The notes beneath the pieces are model-generated. The model had not been told where the DNA came from. It made no database searches and saw only the letters and a list, made by a program, of their open reading frames with translations. DNA of 64,000 bases. Source: a virus. The stretch covers positions 2,494 through 66,493 of IMG/VR virus record IMGVR_UViG_3300009173_000011; one strand, written 5' to 3'. The translations under genes and the position numbers were made by a program. Below are positions 40,323-49,983 of this stretch, piece by piece; the stretch's first letter is position 1, and each line of letters begins with the position of its first letter.

Positions 40323-41594
40323 CTAATAATATTTATTTAAGTCCTCGGTAAAATGTTTTAAGGTATAGTTTTTTTTACTATTAACCACCTTATATATCTT
40401 TTCCTCGATACCCCCATCAGAGAATATCCAATATATCTTGTTGTCGCACCGAGTTTTGGTAGACATCCGGTCACGGCTCTGCCAGTAACTGGTAGCACTA
40501 AAGTCGATATTATAATATACCAGAAAATCAGCCTCTTTGAGGGAGATGCCCTCACGCCCACTAACTATCTGGAGAGCGATATTCTTATGGGTCTTGTCAA
40601 ATTCCTCTACATCTTGCGTGATATTATCCTTACCAAACACCTCCTTAATAGCCTCTAACTCCGAGGTGAACTTGTAAAAGATAGCTATCTTATCCCCCCA
40701 AAACTTTTTAGCGATGAATTCTGCCTTGGAATAGTCGATGATCTTATGATCTCCAGACTCTAAAATAATGGTCCCACTATATAGTTGATGCAGTTTACTC
40801 ATTAGCTTTACTCCAGTATCGGCAAGAATCACATCCTCTCGCCCTTTAAACACCTTGTCCAGGCGTAGGCGTTGACAGATTTTGTGGGTCATATTGCTCA
40901 TGCTACAGGTCAAAACCTCCTCTTCAATACGTGACACCCATCCTGCCTGCTTTTGAGTGTAGGAGAGCATATAAGGTTGCATAGCATCAAGGATTTTTTG
41001 TTCCTTGCCACTACTATAATCATTTACCCAGTTCCCTCGGATGCGTTTCTGTTTTATGTTTACATAGTCTTTAGCCCATGCATAGAAATTCTTATAGTGG
41101 CTAAAGGGATTCTGGGGGTGGCCCCAGACTTGATGGTATATCTGCGAGAAACTCTCTGGCGTTGGAGTGCCGGACAAGAGGATAAGTGCCGATTGGTGTC
41201 GAGCGAGGAGGTCTTTAACCTGCTTGGATCTTTTATTGTACTTGGCGAATGCCCCCAAGCAATGAGCCTCATCACAGATAATGATATCAAATTTTTGAAA
41301 GGGGATTTCTCCGGCACTAACAGTCTGAGGGGATTCCACTTTGTGGAGGCTTTCATAGTTAATAATGGTGAGTCTAAAGTCTTTGCCCAACATTTCAAAA
41401 TCGCTTTGGATACTAGGGATGGCTCTTTTCTTGGTGATAAAAAGGACATTCGTAGCATTGCTTTCGCTACAAATACCTAATGCCGTTAAGGTTTTGCCAG
41501 TACGGACTTCCATAGCCAAGTATACTAATCCTTTTTTCCATAGGATATCGGTTCCCATTTCTATTATTTCTAATTGGTAGTTTCTAAATTTCAT
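40323..41594 (-). CDS. SNF2-like SF2 helicase
   Basis: EVRTGKT, DEAH, LSGTP, SGREGISL, QSRDR. Confidence 0.9.
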   Translation of the reverse strand: MKFRNYQLEIIEMGTDILWKKGLVYLAMEVRTGKTLTALGICSESNATNVLFITKKRAIPSIQSDFEMLGKDFRLTIINYESLHKVESPQTVSAGEIPFQKFDIIICDEAHCLGAFAKYNKRSKQVKDLLARHQSALILLSGTPTPESFSQIYHQVWGHPQNPFSHYKNFYAWAKDYVNIKQKRIRGNWVNDYSSGKEQKILDAMQPYMLSYTQKQAGWVSRIEEEVLTCSMSNMTHKICQRLRLDKVFKGREDVILADTGVKLMSKLHQLYSGTIILESGDHKIIDYSKAEFIAKKFWGDKIAIFYKFTSELEAIKEVFGKDNITQDVEEFDKTHKNIALQIVSGREGISLKEADFLVYYNIDFSATSYWQSRDRMSTKTRCDNKIYWIFSDGGIEEKIYKVVNSKKNYTLKHFTEDLNKYY

Positions 41595-41940
41595 CTTCTA
41601 ATAGTTTTGTTATTAATTCATACTCATATTCGGTTGGGGGTTTAATCACACGAAAGTTTTTCATATCATTAGTATGCCATTTATTATATTTAGGACGATG
41701 TTTTCTAATAAAAGCCATTTCCGTAGCGAACAATAAATCTTCTTCACAGGGGCGAAAATAAGCATGGGTAAACTCTTTGTCACAGCCATTTAAATTAGAA
41801 AGGTGTTCACAGATACGCATAGGTATCCGTTTTGAGTGACCAATATATACCAACTCTTCATTGTCATAGAGAAAATAGATGCCGCAGAGTGGGGATAATG
41901 GTGATAAGTTTAAAGGAATAAGGTTGTTAATCATTATCAT
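41584..41940 (-). CDS. GIY-YIG nuclease
   Basis: GIYFL....LVYIGHS...RI.EH...E..FI....PKYN. Confidence 0.85.
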   Translation of the reverse strand: MIMINNLIPLNLSPLSPLCGIYFLYDNEELVYIGHSKRIPMRICEHLSNLNGCDKEFTHAYFRPCEEDLLFATEMAFIRKHRPKYNKWHTNDMKNFRVIKPPTEYEYELITKLLEDEI

Positions 41941-42059
41941 TCTTTTCTAAAGGGTGATGAATACGTTTCCAACTGATGCCATCAATACCTCGTTGCCTCC
42001 TCCATTCCACTCGGTGGGAGGCTCGTGCGCATTTACCACACCACTTGCATATCATTCTC

Positions 42060-42320
42060 TTAATCCATTTCCAAGGGGTCATTGGCTTTTTTTTTAGGCT
42101 TTACATCGCAATTGGTCTTTACTACCTGTAGAGCAGATTTTAATCCCTTGACCCACTCCGGCATCGAGCCTTGGAGTTCTTCAATAGGTTCTACCTCATC
42201 ACCGGGGTCAGAGACAATAATTCTTTTTTGTATCTCCTTGAGAGAGGTAGCAATACTTTCTAGTGACTTCCGTATTCCGGGAAGATCACGCTCATACATT
42301 GTTTGTTCATAACGAGTCAT
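42060..42320 (-). CDS. hypothetical protein
   Basis: ORF in operon orientation. Confidence 0.55.
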   Translation of the reverse strand: MTRYEQTMYERDLPGIRKSLESIATSLKEIQKRIIVSDPGDEVEPIEELQGSMPEWVKGLKSALQVVKTNCDVKPKKKANDPLEMD

Positions 42321-42322
42321 CT

Positions 42323-42655
42323 CTATTTAGTTTTATGGTCAGTAGTAAAAAAAATTGCCTTGGTAATCATGCGTTTGCCCTTATCATTGATAATAGCTAT
42401 AAATTTTCCATAGGGAGTACAAGTCAATCTATATTTTTCTCCCACGCGCAAGTGCTTACTGGTGCTATCACCCCTACTATTTCCTTTATATATAGCATAG
42501 TCATTTCGTTTTAAAGAATAAACGGGTCGGTGCATTTCCAGTATCACCCTCTGTTGAGCCTCATAACCAAGTTTTATGCGAATAGCATTTTGATATTGCT
42601 CATAGGTAATAATTGTAGTGTAGTCTAAATCTATTTTATCTTCTTGGATATTCAT
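42323..42655 (-). CDS. hypothetical protein
   Basis: ORF in operon orientation. Confidence 0.55.
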   Translation of the reverse strand: MNIQEDKIDLDYTTIITYEQYQNAIRIKLGYEAQQRVILEMHRPVYSLKRNDYAIYKGNSRGDSTSKHLRVGEKYRLTCTPYGKFIAIINDKGKRMITKAIFFTTDHKTK

Positions 42656-42660
42656 AACAT

Positions 42661-42888
42661 TTAAATTGGGGGTTCTTCAAATAATTTATCCCATTCGGCA
42701 GGGGTCTTGCCACTCTTAATAAGTTCTCGCTGATCGGCTGAAAGATGAGGGAGAATTTGTTGTATGCTTTCATTGGAACTACGGAGCCTCACAAACTCCA
42801 ATAAAGTTACCTCGACTTCATATAATTTTTTTGTAATAGAACATTTCTTTTGATAGAAGACTTTTCCATCAGACATTTTTATGGTCAT
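42661..42888 (-). CDS. conserved phage hypothetical protein
   Basis: IQ.ILPHLSADQRELIKSG.TPAEWD.LF motif; ATGA overlap. Confidence 0.65.
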   Translation of the reverse strand: MTIKMSDGKVFYQKKCSITKKLYEVEVTLLEFVRLRSSNESIQQILPHLSADQRELIKSGKTPAEWDKLFEEPPI

Positions 42889-44396
42889 AATTTTAGTTTT
42901 TTTATAATATTAAATAATACAGAACAGGTGATACTATTCCCTGCCTGCTTGTATGTTTGCGAGTCGCTACATGGCAATTTAAAGGTGTCTGGAAAGTCCT
43001 GTAGGCGAAAGCATTCTCTGGGAGTTAATTTGCGAATGGCACCAGCATTATACAACCTCAAGCTATTGTGAGGAGGAGGAGTAGGAGTAGAATCGAAGTC
43101 TAGGCGTTGTTGTCGAGGGTCTTTGTCCTCTTGGTTGGCATAGTAATTCGTTTCGCCAGTATGAAGAGTTTGGGCCAGTCCATCGGTGGAGTAGAGCCTC
43201 ATAGCACTCTCAAAGGTATATGCCTCTTTATATATTGCCGTAACCTGTTCATCATACTGTTCATCAAATCCTAATAGCTTTTTGAGCTTGTCCCATACTT
43301 CTGGAGGAGGGATGGCTCTAAAGTTATCACTACGAAAATAATGCTCCACTTGAGTTATAGGTAGATCAAGCTTTTTAGCTATAGATTTTATGGTTCCTTT
43401 TTTGTGCTTACGCAGATAATCATTTATCTCTGGAGGGGTATTATGAACCCTCTTTTCGGCTACTAGCTTTAAGTCGGGGAGTCGGACCAGTTCGGGATTG
43501 AGAATCAGAGGTTGCCTCCATCCTCCCTGCCCAGTATCCAAAGCAGGACTGATATGATCTTTATCCCACACACTTCCGGCTTGGTGAGGGTCATCTTTTT
43601 TATCGAATAACCCAAATAGTTTCTTGGGACCAACATTCACACACTTGGGGTCTTTATAGTCTCGGGATAAGAGGGTAGCACAAGTGCCTTGGGTATCTTG
43701 GATAATATTCTGCTGTTGGTTGAAATCAGAATTCATAAACCCCTTTAAGGCTCTTTCACTAACGAAATACTTTTTAGGGACTTTGGGTTCAAGGATATCT
43801 TTAAGACGATACTCTAAAGGGACTCCTTTAGGGAAATTAAATCCATTATCCTCATCATCACGGATGCCTATTATAAATACTCGTTCACGATTCTGGGGGA
43901 CTCCAAAATTTTTGCTATTAAGCACTTGCCAATAGACATGGTATCCTACCGATTCGGGGTGAGGAAAGAGCATGGCATTACCATTAATAGACTTGGCTAA
44001 ATAGTCGAGCCATCGCTGAAAGGTCTTCCCCTCATCATCACTCAACAGACCTTTTACATTTTCGAAGATGAAAAAACGTGGTCGGTTCTGTTTAATAAAG
44101 GCATGAGAGTTATAAAACAATACCCCCCTATCATCTGACTCGCCCCCTCGCTTTCCGGCTAGGGAAAAGCTTTGGCAGGGGGGACTTGTCATCAGTAAAT
44201 CAAGAGGTTCTTTAGGGATGTCCCTATCGTAAACATCGTGGGGAAAATACTCTGGAGCTGGATGGTTAGCAAGATAGGTCTGCCGGGCATACTTATCTAT
44301 ATCACACGCAAAGACCACTTTATAGTCTATTCCTAATCTGCCAAGGGCAACTTCAAATGCCCCCACTCCACTAAAATCACTTCCTACTTTCAACAT
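42885..44396 (-). CDS. DNA (cytosine-5)-methyltransferase with long variable region and HTH-like insert
   Basis: DFSGVGAF, SPPCQSFS, FENV, QNRERVF, LTPRECFRLQDFP, QAGNS. Confidence 0.95.
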   Translation of the reverse strand: MLKVGSDFSGVGAFEVALGRLGIDYKVVFACDIDKYARQTYLANHPAPEYFPHDVYDRDIPKEPLDLLMTSPPCQSFSLAGKRGGESDDRGVLFYNSHAFIKQNRPRFFIFENVKGLLSDDEGKTFQRWLDYLAKSINGNAMLFPHPESVGYHVYWQVLNSKNFGVPQNRERVFIIGIRDDEDNGFNFPKGVPLEYRLKDILEPKVPKKYFVSERALKGFMNSDFNQQQNIIQDTQGTCATLLSRDYKDPKCVNVGPKKLFGLFDKKDDPHQAGSVWDKDHISPALDTGQGGWRQPLILNPELVRLPDLKLVAEKRVHNTPPEINDYLRKHKKGTIKSIAKKLDLPITQVEHYFRSDNFRAIPPPEVWDKLKKLLGFDEQYDEQVTAIYKEAYTFESAMRLYSTDGLAQTLHTGETNYYANQEDKDPRQQRLDFDSTPTPPPHNSLRLYNAGAIRKLTPRECFRLQDFPDTFKLPCSDSQTYKQAGNSITCSVLFNIIKKLKL

Positions 44397-45273
44397 TGTC
44401 TATTATTTTAAATATCTCATAAGCTATTTGAGGAACGATAGCGTTCCCTAATCCTTTAAGTCGGTCCACCCTATTGGGTATCCCATGAGCCATTCTACCC
44501 ACATCGGGTTCAACTTCCCATTGGCTGCTCCACTCGATGGGGTCATCGGCTCCCGAAAGTCCACGTTTGCCTCCAGATAACTCATGGCTCTGGCATGACC
44601 TTGTCTTTTTCTTCGAGTCTCGTACCCCTCTTGTCCCCCCACTCTTGGTGTGGGCCACATCTTCGGATGGCTTACTTGCTCTCGGAGATTTCCTGACCGA
44701 CTTCTCCCCTTTCGGTTTTTTTGATTTGTACTGCACTCGTCTTCGGGTCGGCTTGGGAGATGGTCCATTGTGTTGGGCGTTGCCCACATTGTAGCCAATG
44801 ATCCAGACTCTGTCTCTTCGATGTCGTGCATCTTTACCGACAGCTGGAATAATAACCGCTTGAACTTCGTACCCTTGAGTTTCCAGATCAAGGCAGACCT
44901 GCTCGAATACCATCCCCCCATCAATATTAAGGATTCCGTATACGTTTTCAGCAACGACCCATGATGGTTTGCACTCTTGAATGATGCGTAACATCTGCGG
45001 CCAGAGATAGCGATTGTCTCTTGCCCCCTCTCTTTTTCCTGCAACGGAGAAAGGTTGGCATGGGAATCCCCCAGAAATAATGTCAATTTTGTTTTCATAT
45101 TTTTTAGCCTTTAAGTCATAAATATCGCTATAGCGTTTCACTTTAGGAAAATTCTTCTCTAATACCCTAGTGGCATAGGAATCTATCTCCACCTGGAACA
45201 CGTTCTTCCATCCTACTTGCCGAGCAGCGAGGTCAAAGCCTCCAATACCAGAAAATAAACTAGCGTGTCTCAT
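44377..45273 (-). CDS. DNA (cytosine-5)-methyltransferase, alpha-type subunit lacking motif IX
   Basis: SLFSGIGG, GFPCQPFS, ENV, HRRDRVW, LKGLGNAIVP. Confidence 0.9.
   Translation of the reverse strand: MRHASLFSGIGGFDLAARQVGWKNVFQVEIDSYATRVLEKNFPKVKRYSDIYDLKAKKYENKIDIISGGFPCQPFSVAGKREGARDNRYLWPQMLRIIQECKPSWVVAENVYGILNIDGGMVFEQVCLDLETQGYEVQAVIIPAVGKDARHRRDRVWIIGYNVGNAQHNGPSPKPTRRRVQYKSKKPKGEKSVRKSPRASKPSEDVAHTKSGGTRGVRDSKKKTRSCQSHELSGGKRGLSGADDPIEWSSQWEVEPDVGRMAHGIPNRVDRLKGLGNAIVPQIAYEIFKIIDNVESRK
44448..45098 (-). CDS. nested alternative-frame methyltransferase beta-type subunit (TRD + motif IX)
   Basis: Entirely inside 44377-45273 in another frame; W.TP repeats and KLNPMWVEWLMGYPIGWT motif IX. 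Confidence 0.75.
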   Translation of the reverse strand: MKTKLTLFLGDSHANLSPLQEKERGQETIAISGRRCYASFKSANHHGSLLKTYTESLILMGGWYSSRSALIWKLKGTKFKRLLFQLSVKMHDIEETESGSLATMWATPNTMDHLPSRPEDECSTNQKNRKGRSRSGNLREQVSHPKMWPTPRVGGQEGYETRRKRQGHARAMSYLEANVDFREPMTPSSGAANGKLNPMWVEWLMGYPIGWTDLKD

Positions 45274-47684
45274 TAGAATGGTAATTTTTGTTCTGTCTCC
45301 TCCGGCACTACGCCATTGGAATGAAAAATAATATATCTGCCATCACCATTTCTGCCCTCCTCCGGATCCTGTCCTGTGCTAAAGATGGAATAAGCACGGA
45401 GCCACTTATAAAATTTGATTAAGGTAATGCTCATTTTAGAGCGAGGAGCGAAGTCTGGGTATTCATTGGTGAAACCATTATACAAATCATATTTAAGGAG
45501 AGGTTCATCAAATTTTAGGAGTTGATTGTCTTCAGTAACCCACTCCCAGAAATTGTGGTCAGTCTCTTGAATGAATTTTCGAGTCTTGAGGTTCTTAAAG
45601 GCAGACTTCACAAAGCCAGACTTCAAATAGTTCTGAAGATTATTAATCATATAGTTGTCAAAAGAACACCACTCCCCCTCATCCCACTCACTAAATAGTA
45701 ACCTACCGAATTCTTGAAGAGGGGTGAAATCTTTGGTGTAGTGCTGTTTGAATTCCAGTTCCCACTTCCTCCGCTCAAAGCTATTGCCCTTACCTTTGAT
45801 GGCATAATTCGTGGTGATAACAATCTTGGGACTCTTTCTAAAGGGAATCTTGATGGCATCTTTATTTTTCTTTTCTAATGTGATGCCCTCGGATACGATA
45901 CTGAAGAGGCGTTCGAAGTCAAAACTCTTCCTTACATCATCAAAGGTGAGTATTTGGGAATCTGCCGATACAAGTTGATAAGGGAAACTTTTTTCGAAAA
46001 AAAAGGATTTCCCATCAATTATGACCGTTTTTTTTAATTGCCCTATACCATTCACAAAAAGACCTTTCCCAGTTCCTCCCTCTGGATGATCTGATATTAC
46101 CTCATCGTTAATAATTATAGCCGGACAATAGCCTAGACTTTTATATCCGTGGAGCAAAAACCCTATAGTGCTTTCTACGGAGGCAATATGCATAGGATCA
46201 TCTCCGGCAATATTGGAGATGAATTTTTTGTAGTCACAAGCATCGGACTTACAGGTCTTAAACTCTCGGTCGATTACTTGGTTGACCCAACAATAACCGC
46301 CCAAATCGATGTAGTCAATCTGCTTGATGCTCTCCTTGGTGACTTGAACAGCACAATTCTTATAATATATATATGCCGAATCTTTAGTGTCTTCAACAAA
46401 ATATACATCTACAGAGGATATCATGGATAAAAAGTCTTCTTTGAAGTAGCGAGTCTTATCGGCAAAATGGTTGTATATAGAGAGGTCTTCTTGCTGTTGC
46501 AAATAAGTGAGGACAAAGTCTTTGATCTCTTCCTCCGAGGTATTATCAATTAAATTGTTGGTGACCTTGACGAAGATGTGATTCTTGCTGCCATCCGGAG
46601 CGAACTTGTAAAAGCCATTGTCTTCAAGGAACTTCTTAAACTTCCAATGGACTATGCTTACCACTCCCTTTTGGGACTTGCACCAAAAGGTGCGTTCATT
46701 GGTGTCCTCTTCTACTCTATTGATTACGGAGTCAACGATCTCGCCCTCGACCCCCGTATCCTTTAGCCTAGAGCGAACCTCCTTTTTTGGTACTCCTCTG
46801 TTGAGGTCTTGTTGGATTTTGTCTACCACCTCCGTGTTTTCAAAGAACTTGGTTAGGTGAGCAGCACTATTCTGGTAGGCACTTTTTACGATGCTATCAA
46901 TCTCCTTGGAACTAAAGTCTTTAGACTCATACTGCGATAATATATATTTGCATAAGGATTCAGATACCCCAAACTCATTGAAAGCACTCGCCAGGATGAA
47001 TAGATTATTATTCCTCTCTCCCTCTACAAAGCCATATTTATTCTCCCACCAGAGCATGAGCCTACGCACAATTTCATTCTCATCATCAATCTTAATAGTA
47101 GGCAATGAACTCCTCACATCGTGATGGTGGTGAGCCTCCTCTTCCATCTTGGTCCACGTAATGGAGTTCTCATTGATAAATATTAAAGGATCATATGATT
47201 CATAGCAAACTCTGGATAAATTTTTACTGGTGCGATCGAAGTGTGGGGAGTCATAAAATTTCTGGAGGGCCAGAAAGTAATTCTTATGGTTGTCAATGTC
47301 TGGGGGAATCTTCACTAAAGCTTTTAAGCCGTTGCCACTTGGACTAATGAATACCGAATAGGTGTGTTTATTTTTAGCTAACTCATCTTTTTTAGCCATC
47401 AGTTCACGCTTGAGATTAAAGCCATCGAAGTCCAAACAGATAAGACCACTATGAGATTTAATGGCATCATCATTGCGTTTAAGGAATTCACCAGAAAAAC
47501 ATATTGCTGGTAGCAATTGCTTTAAGGCGTTGCGTTTATCTTTATCTTTTTCTTTTCTTATTTCTTTAACCAGTTCCTTGGATTTTCCCTCTCGGATGCG
47601 AGAAAGGATAACATCAACTGGGCGAAGAAAGGGAGTGGAGGTATCTTTTATGCTCTGAAAAATTGTAATTAATGTCGATTCCAT
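45273..47684 (-). CDS. primase-helicase (VirE-N/BT4734-like + PriCT + P-loop helicase)
   Basis: HSGLICLDFD, FISPSGNGLK, GERNNNLF, GGTGKGLF, FDDV, ITTNY. Confidence 0.85.
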   Translation of the reverse strand: MESTLITIFQSIKDTSTPFLRPVDVILSRIREGKSKELVKEIRKEKDKDKRNALKQLLPAICFSGEFLKRNDDAIKSHSGLICLDFDGFNLKRELMAKKDELAKNKHTYSVFISPSGNGLKALVKIPPDIDNHKNYFLALQKFYDSPHFDRTSKNLSRVCYESYDPLIFINENSITWTKMEEEAHHHHDVRSSLPTIKIDDENEIVRRLMLWWENKYGFVEGERNNNLFILASAFNEFGVSESLCKYILSQYESKDFSSKEIDSIVKSAYQNSAAHLTKFFENTEVVDKIQQDLNRGVPKKEVRSRLKDTGVEGEIVDSVINRVEEDTNERTFWCKSQKGVVSIVHWKFKKFLEDNGFYKFAPDGSKNHIFVKVTNNLIDNTSEEEIKDFVLTYLQQQEDLSIYNHFADKTRYFKEDFLSMISSVDVYFVEDTKDSAYIYYKNCAVQVTKESIKQIDYIDLGGYCWVNQVIDREFKTCKSDACDYKKFISNIAGDDPMHIASVESTIGFLLHGYKSLGYCPAIIINDEVISDHPEGGTGKGLFVNGIGQLKKTVIIDGKSFFFEKSFPYQLVSADSQILTFDDVRKSFDFERLFSIVSEGITLEKKNKDAIKIPFRKSPKIVITTNYAIKGKGNSFERRKWELEFKQHYTKDFTPLQEFGRLLFSEWDEGEWCSFDNYMINNLQNYLKSGFVKSAFKNLKTRKFIQETDHNFWEWVTEDNQLLKFDEPLLKYDLYNGFTNEYPDFAPRSKMSITLIKFYKWLRAYSIFSTGQDPEEGRNGDGRYIIFHSNGVVPEETEQKLPF

Positions 47685-47856
47685 AGTTATGATGTCGGTG
47701 TTATGTCGAAAAAATGTCGGCTTAAAATTACTAAAGCCTTAAAAATCAATACTTTAATCCGTTCTGTCAACTTTACCCCCTACTATAGAGATTTAAAATA
47801 ATACTATAAATATAAAAGAAATAGTAATAGTGATTGGGGAGGGTATAAAGCGACAT
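47672..47856. repeat. iteron-like locus A (ATGTCG repeats, shared 18-mer, AT-rich), putative origin
   Basis: ATGTCG at 47672, 47692, 47703, 47714; TACTATAGAGATTTAAAA 47781-47798; inverted CGACAT 47851. Confidence 0.65.
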
Positions 47857-47942
47857 AAAAAAAGGGAGAGGAAAAGAGTTTTCAGCCTTATTAATTGAAA
47901 ATTTATAGCAATCGACAGACCATCCTAACCCCCCCCTCTTAA

Positions 47943-48266
47943 TTAAAATGGCAAATCGTCCTCTTCCTCATCACTTATCGGTTCCGAGAGAACAGGTTTG
48001 GCAACCACTTCTGGTTCCTCCTTTTCGATTTTAACCACCACAGGCTCAATATCATTATACCAAAAAACTCTACCATTACCAAGGTAAATCTTTTTGTGAC
48101 CAGCCTCCCTGTGTTCTTTACTCTGCTCTTCCCAAACTGATACGTTGGTATTATATTGGGATGGCTCATCATTAAGACTTGCCGTAAGCTTTAAATACTT
48201 GCCTTTCTCCAACTTTGTTTTACTGATCTTGGAGCAATCAATTGAAAATGTAATCATTGTAGCCAT
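47943..48266 (-). CDS. single-stranded DNA-binding protein
   Basis: IDCSKI, YLGNGRVFW, acidic tail EEEDDLPF. Confidence 0.75.
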   Translation of the reverse strand: MATMITFSIDCSKISKTKLEKGKYLKLTASLNDEPSQYNTNVSVWEEQSKEHREAGHKKIYLGNGRVFWYNDIEPVVVKIEKEEPEVVAKPVLSEPISDEEEDDLPF

Positions 48267-48295
48267 TTGGTTTCAATTTTAATTAGTGAATAATA

Positions 48296-49033
48296 TTAAA
48301 GTTCTATTGTGTTGTAATATTGGGTAATGTCTCCCTTTGCTTTGGGAGCAAAATATTCATCGTATATTGCTAATGCTTTGGTAACCTTGTTGCGACCATC
48401 AATATAGAATTGGTCAGAGCAGGTAAACTTATTCATCCGGCATGAGCCTTTCTCGATAGCCAAGAAAATCATGGGTCTACCAAAGATCTGATTGTAGATG
48501 TAGGCTTGAGAATCATAATTATAATCTCTTGCCGAATAGTGAAATTTGTCGATATTTTGACAGGTCTTAATATCGATGATGAGTTCATCACCAATAACAT
48601 CACACTTGCCTTTCCAGAGATGATCTTGAATTTCCAATATTCCTGGTACTTCAAATTTATTGCTATCCTCTAATAAGAGTTCGGCAAAGTCTTCATTGGC
48701 CAGAAATGCATCACTCAAGACATCTAGTTCCTGTGCCTCTTTCAATAGGAGCATACGTTCACCCCCATTTTCCTCCTCTGCCTCTTTATACAATTTAGTA
48801 TTGCGAGTCGATGCCTCCACAATTTTAAAATCAGTAAGACGATGAGGTTCCAGAATGGATGTATGGAGATAACTTCCTTGGAGCATAGCCAAGGTAGTGT
48901 CTCGTGGCTCAAGGAACTTTTTAGGCTCACGCAGTAATCTATAGATATCGGAATTGCTTAAATACTTCTTACCGACCTCTCCATAATAATGCTTGGCATC
49001 ATTAAGGAAAATTAAATCTTTGTTTATGTTCAT
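48296..49033 (-). CDS. PD-(D/E)XK exonuclease (RecE/DUF3799-like)
   Basis: LSNS, G...H..ILEP, KGKCD, IIDIKT, Y..QAY.Y. Confidence 0.85.
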   Translation of the reverse strand: MNINKDLIFLNDAKHYYGEVGKKYLSNSDIYRLLREPKKFLEPRDTTLAMLQGSYLHTSILEPHRLTDFKIVEASTRNTKLYKEAEEENGGERMLLLKEAQELDVLSDAFLANEDFAELLLEDSNKFEVPGILEIQDHLWKGKCDVIGDELIIDIKTCQNIDKFHYSARDYNYDSQAYIYNQIFGRPMIFLAIEKGSCRMNKFTCSDQFYIDGRNKVTKALAIYDEYFAPKAKGDITQYYNTIEL

Positions 49034-49701
49034 CCTTTCAAAATTTTAGTGAGTTCTTTTTTAACAGCAGCACTCACCTTATATTTAGTGGAGGCTTTTT
49101 TACATATCTCATCAATAGAGAGTTTGGTCTTTTTCGTTTTAGCGTAGATTACAAACTTCGCCCAGTTCTCATCTCCCACTATAAGAGTAGGCAATGGAGT
49201 CTTTGCGGATTTTTTAACCTCACCATTGCTAGGTTTAGGAGGAGATTTTTTAGCCTGAGCTGGAGATTTTACGGCTCCCTCCGGCAAGTCATCTTTTTCG
49301 TAGATGTATAGTCCCAATCCATGAAAGGCTAAACTCTTGACCAAGCATCTTTGCAGAGCCGTATTAATGTCTTGAGAGGTAAGCTTTTCTAATGGGATGG
49401 AACGATAGTTATAATCCATTATTGGTAAGGTCTTAACATACTCAACACCATCCTTGTCTATGCGAGTACCCACCTTGACCCACGCAGTCTTCTTATCATG
49501 GAAATATGAAAGCACCAAATTGGTTTCTGGATCAACGCACTCATATTCCGTAAAGGTGGCATGGGGATGTTGCTGTTTAATAATGGCCCACGCACTCGCC
49601 CATGCGAGATAAGTAAGATTTTTGGGGCCTTTAGTGTCTGTCTTTGAGTTTACATTGATAGCATATAGCTTATCAAATGTAGAGGGGTTATTTTTTTCCA
49701 T
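49030..49701 (-). CDS. Sak3/DUF1071-like single-strand annealing protein
   Basis: LTYLAWASAW, LPIMDY, DIN.A.QRCLVK.LA.HGLGLYIY..DDLP. Confidence 0.85.
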   Translation of the reverse strand: MEKNNPSTFDKLYAINVNSKTDTKGPKNLTYLAWASAWAIIKQQHPHATFTEYECVDPETNLVLSYFHDKKTAWVKVGTRIDKDGVEYVKTLPIMDYNYRSIPLEKLTSQDINTALQRCLVKSLAFHGLGLYIYEKDDLPEGAVKSPAQAKKSPPKPSNGEVKKSAKTPLPTLIVGDENWAKFVIYAKTKKTKLSIDEICKKASTKYKVSAAVKKELTKILKG

Positions 49702-49711
49702 TGGTTTTTAT

Positions 49712-49975
49712 TTAGTTATTAAAATATTTTGATTCTGATCTGTTAACAATATGTATTTTAGTATTTTCTCTCCAATGACCATGTTCTCCGACCGAAGAGG
49801 TAAGGAGGCTATAGTCAGTAAGCTTTTTATAATTACATATAAGATTGGCTCTAACCATTATTAGTCTTTTACCATTCTTTTGATATTCGTCTGGCAATAA
49901 CTCAAGCACTTCCATCTCACTAACATCGTTACTCACTATCATTCCTACATTTATATCTTTAGCGGAGATTCTCAT
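49712..49975 (-). CDS. hypothetical protein
   Basis: ORF in operon orientation. Confidence 0.55.
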   Translation of the reverse strand: MRISAKDINVGMIVSNDVSEMEVLELLPDEYQKNGKRLIMVRANLICNYKKLTDYSLLTSSVGEHGHWRENTKIHIVNRSESKYFNN

Positions 49976-49983
49976 GCGAATAT

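Noticed and set aside
41584-41940. Intron- or intein-associated homing endonuclease
   Set aside because: Short free-standing GIY-YIG ORF; flanking genes are intact and no intron structure is evident.
41927-42055. 42-aa CxxC-containing ORF on the - strand
   Set aside because: It fits the gap but is too short and lacks supporting motifs to call.
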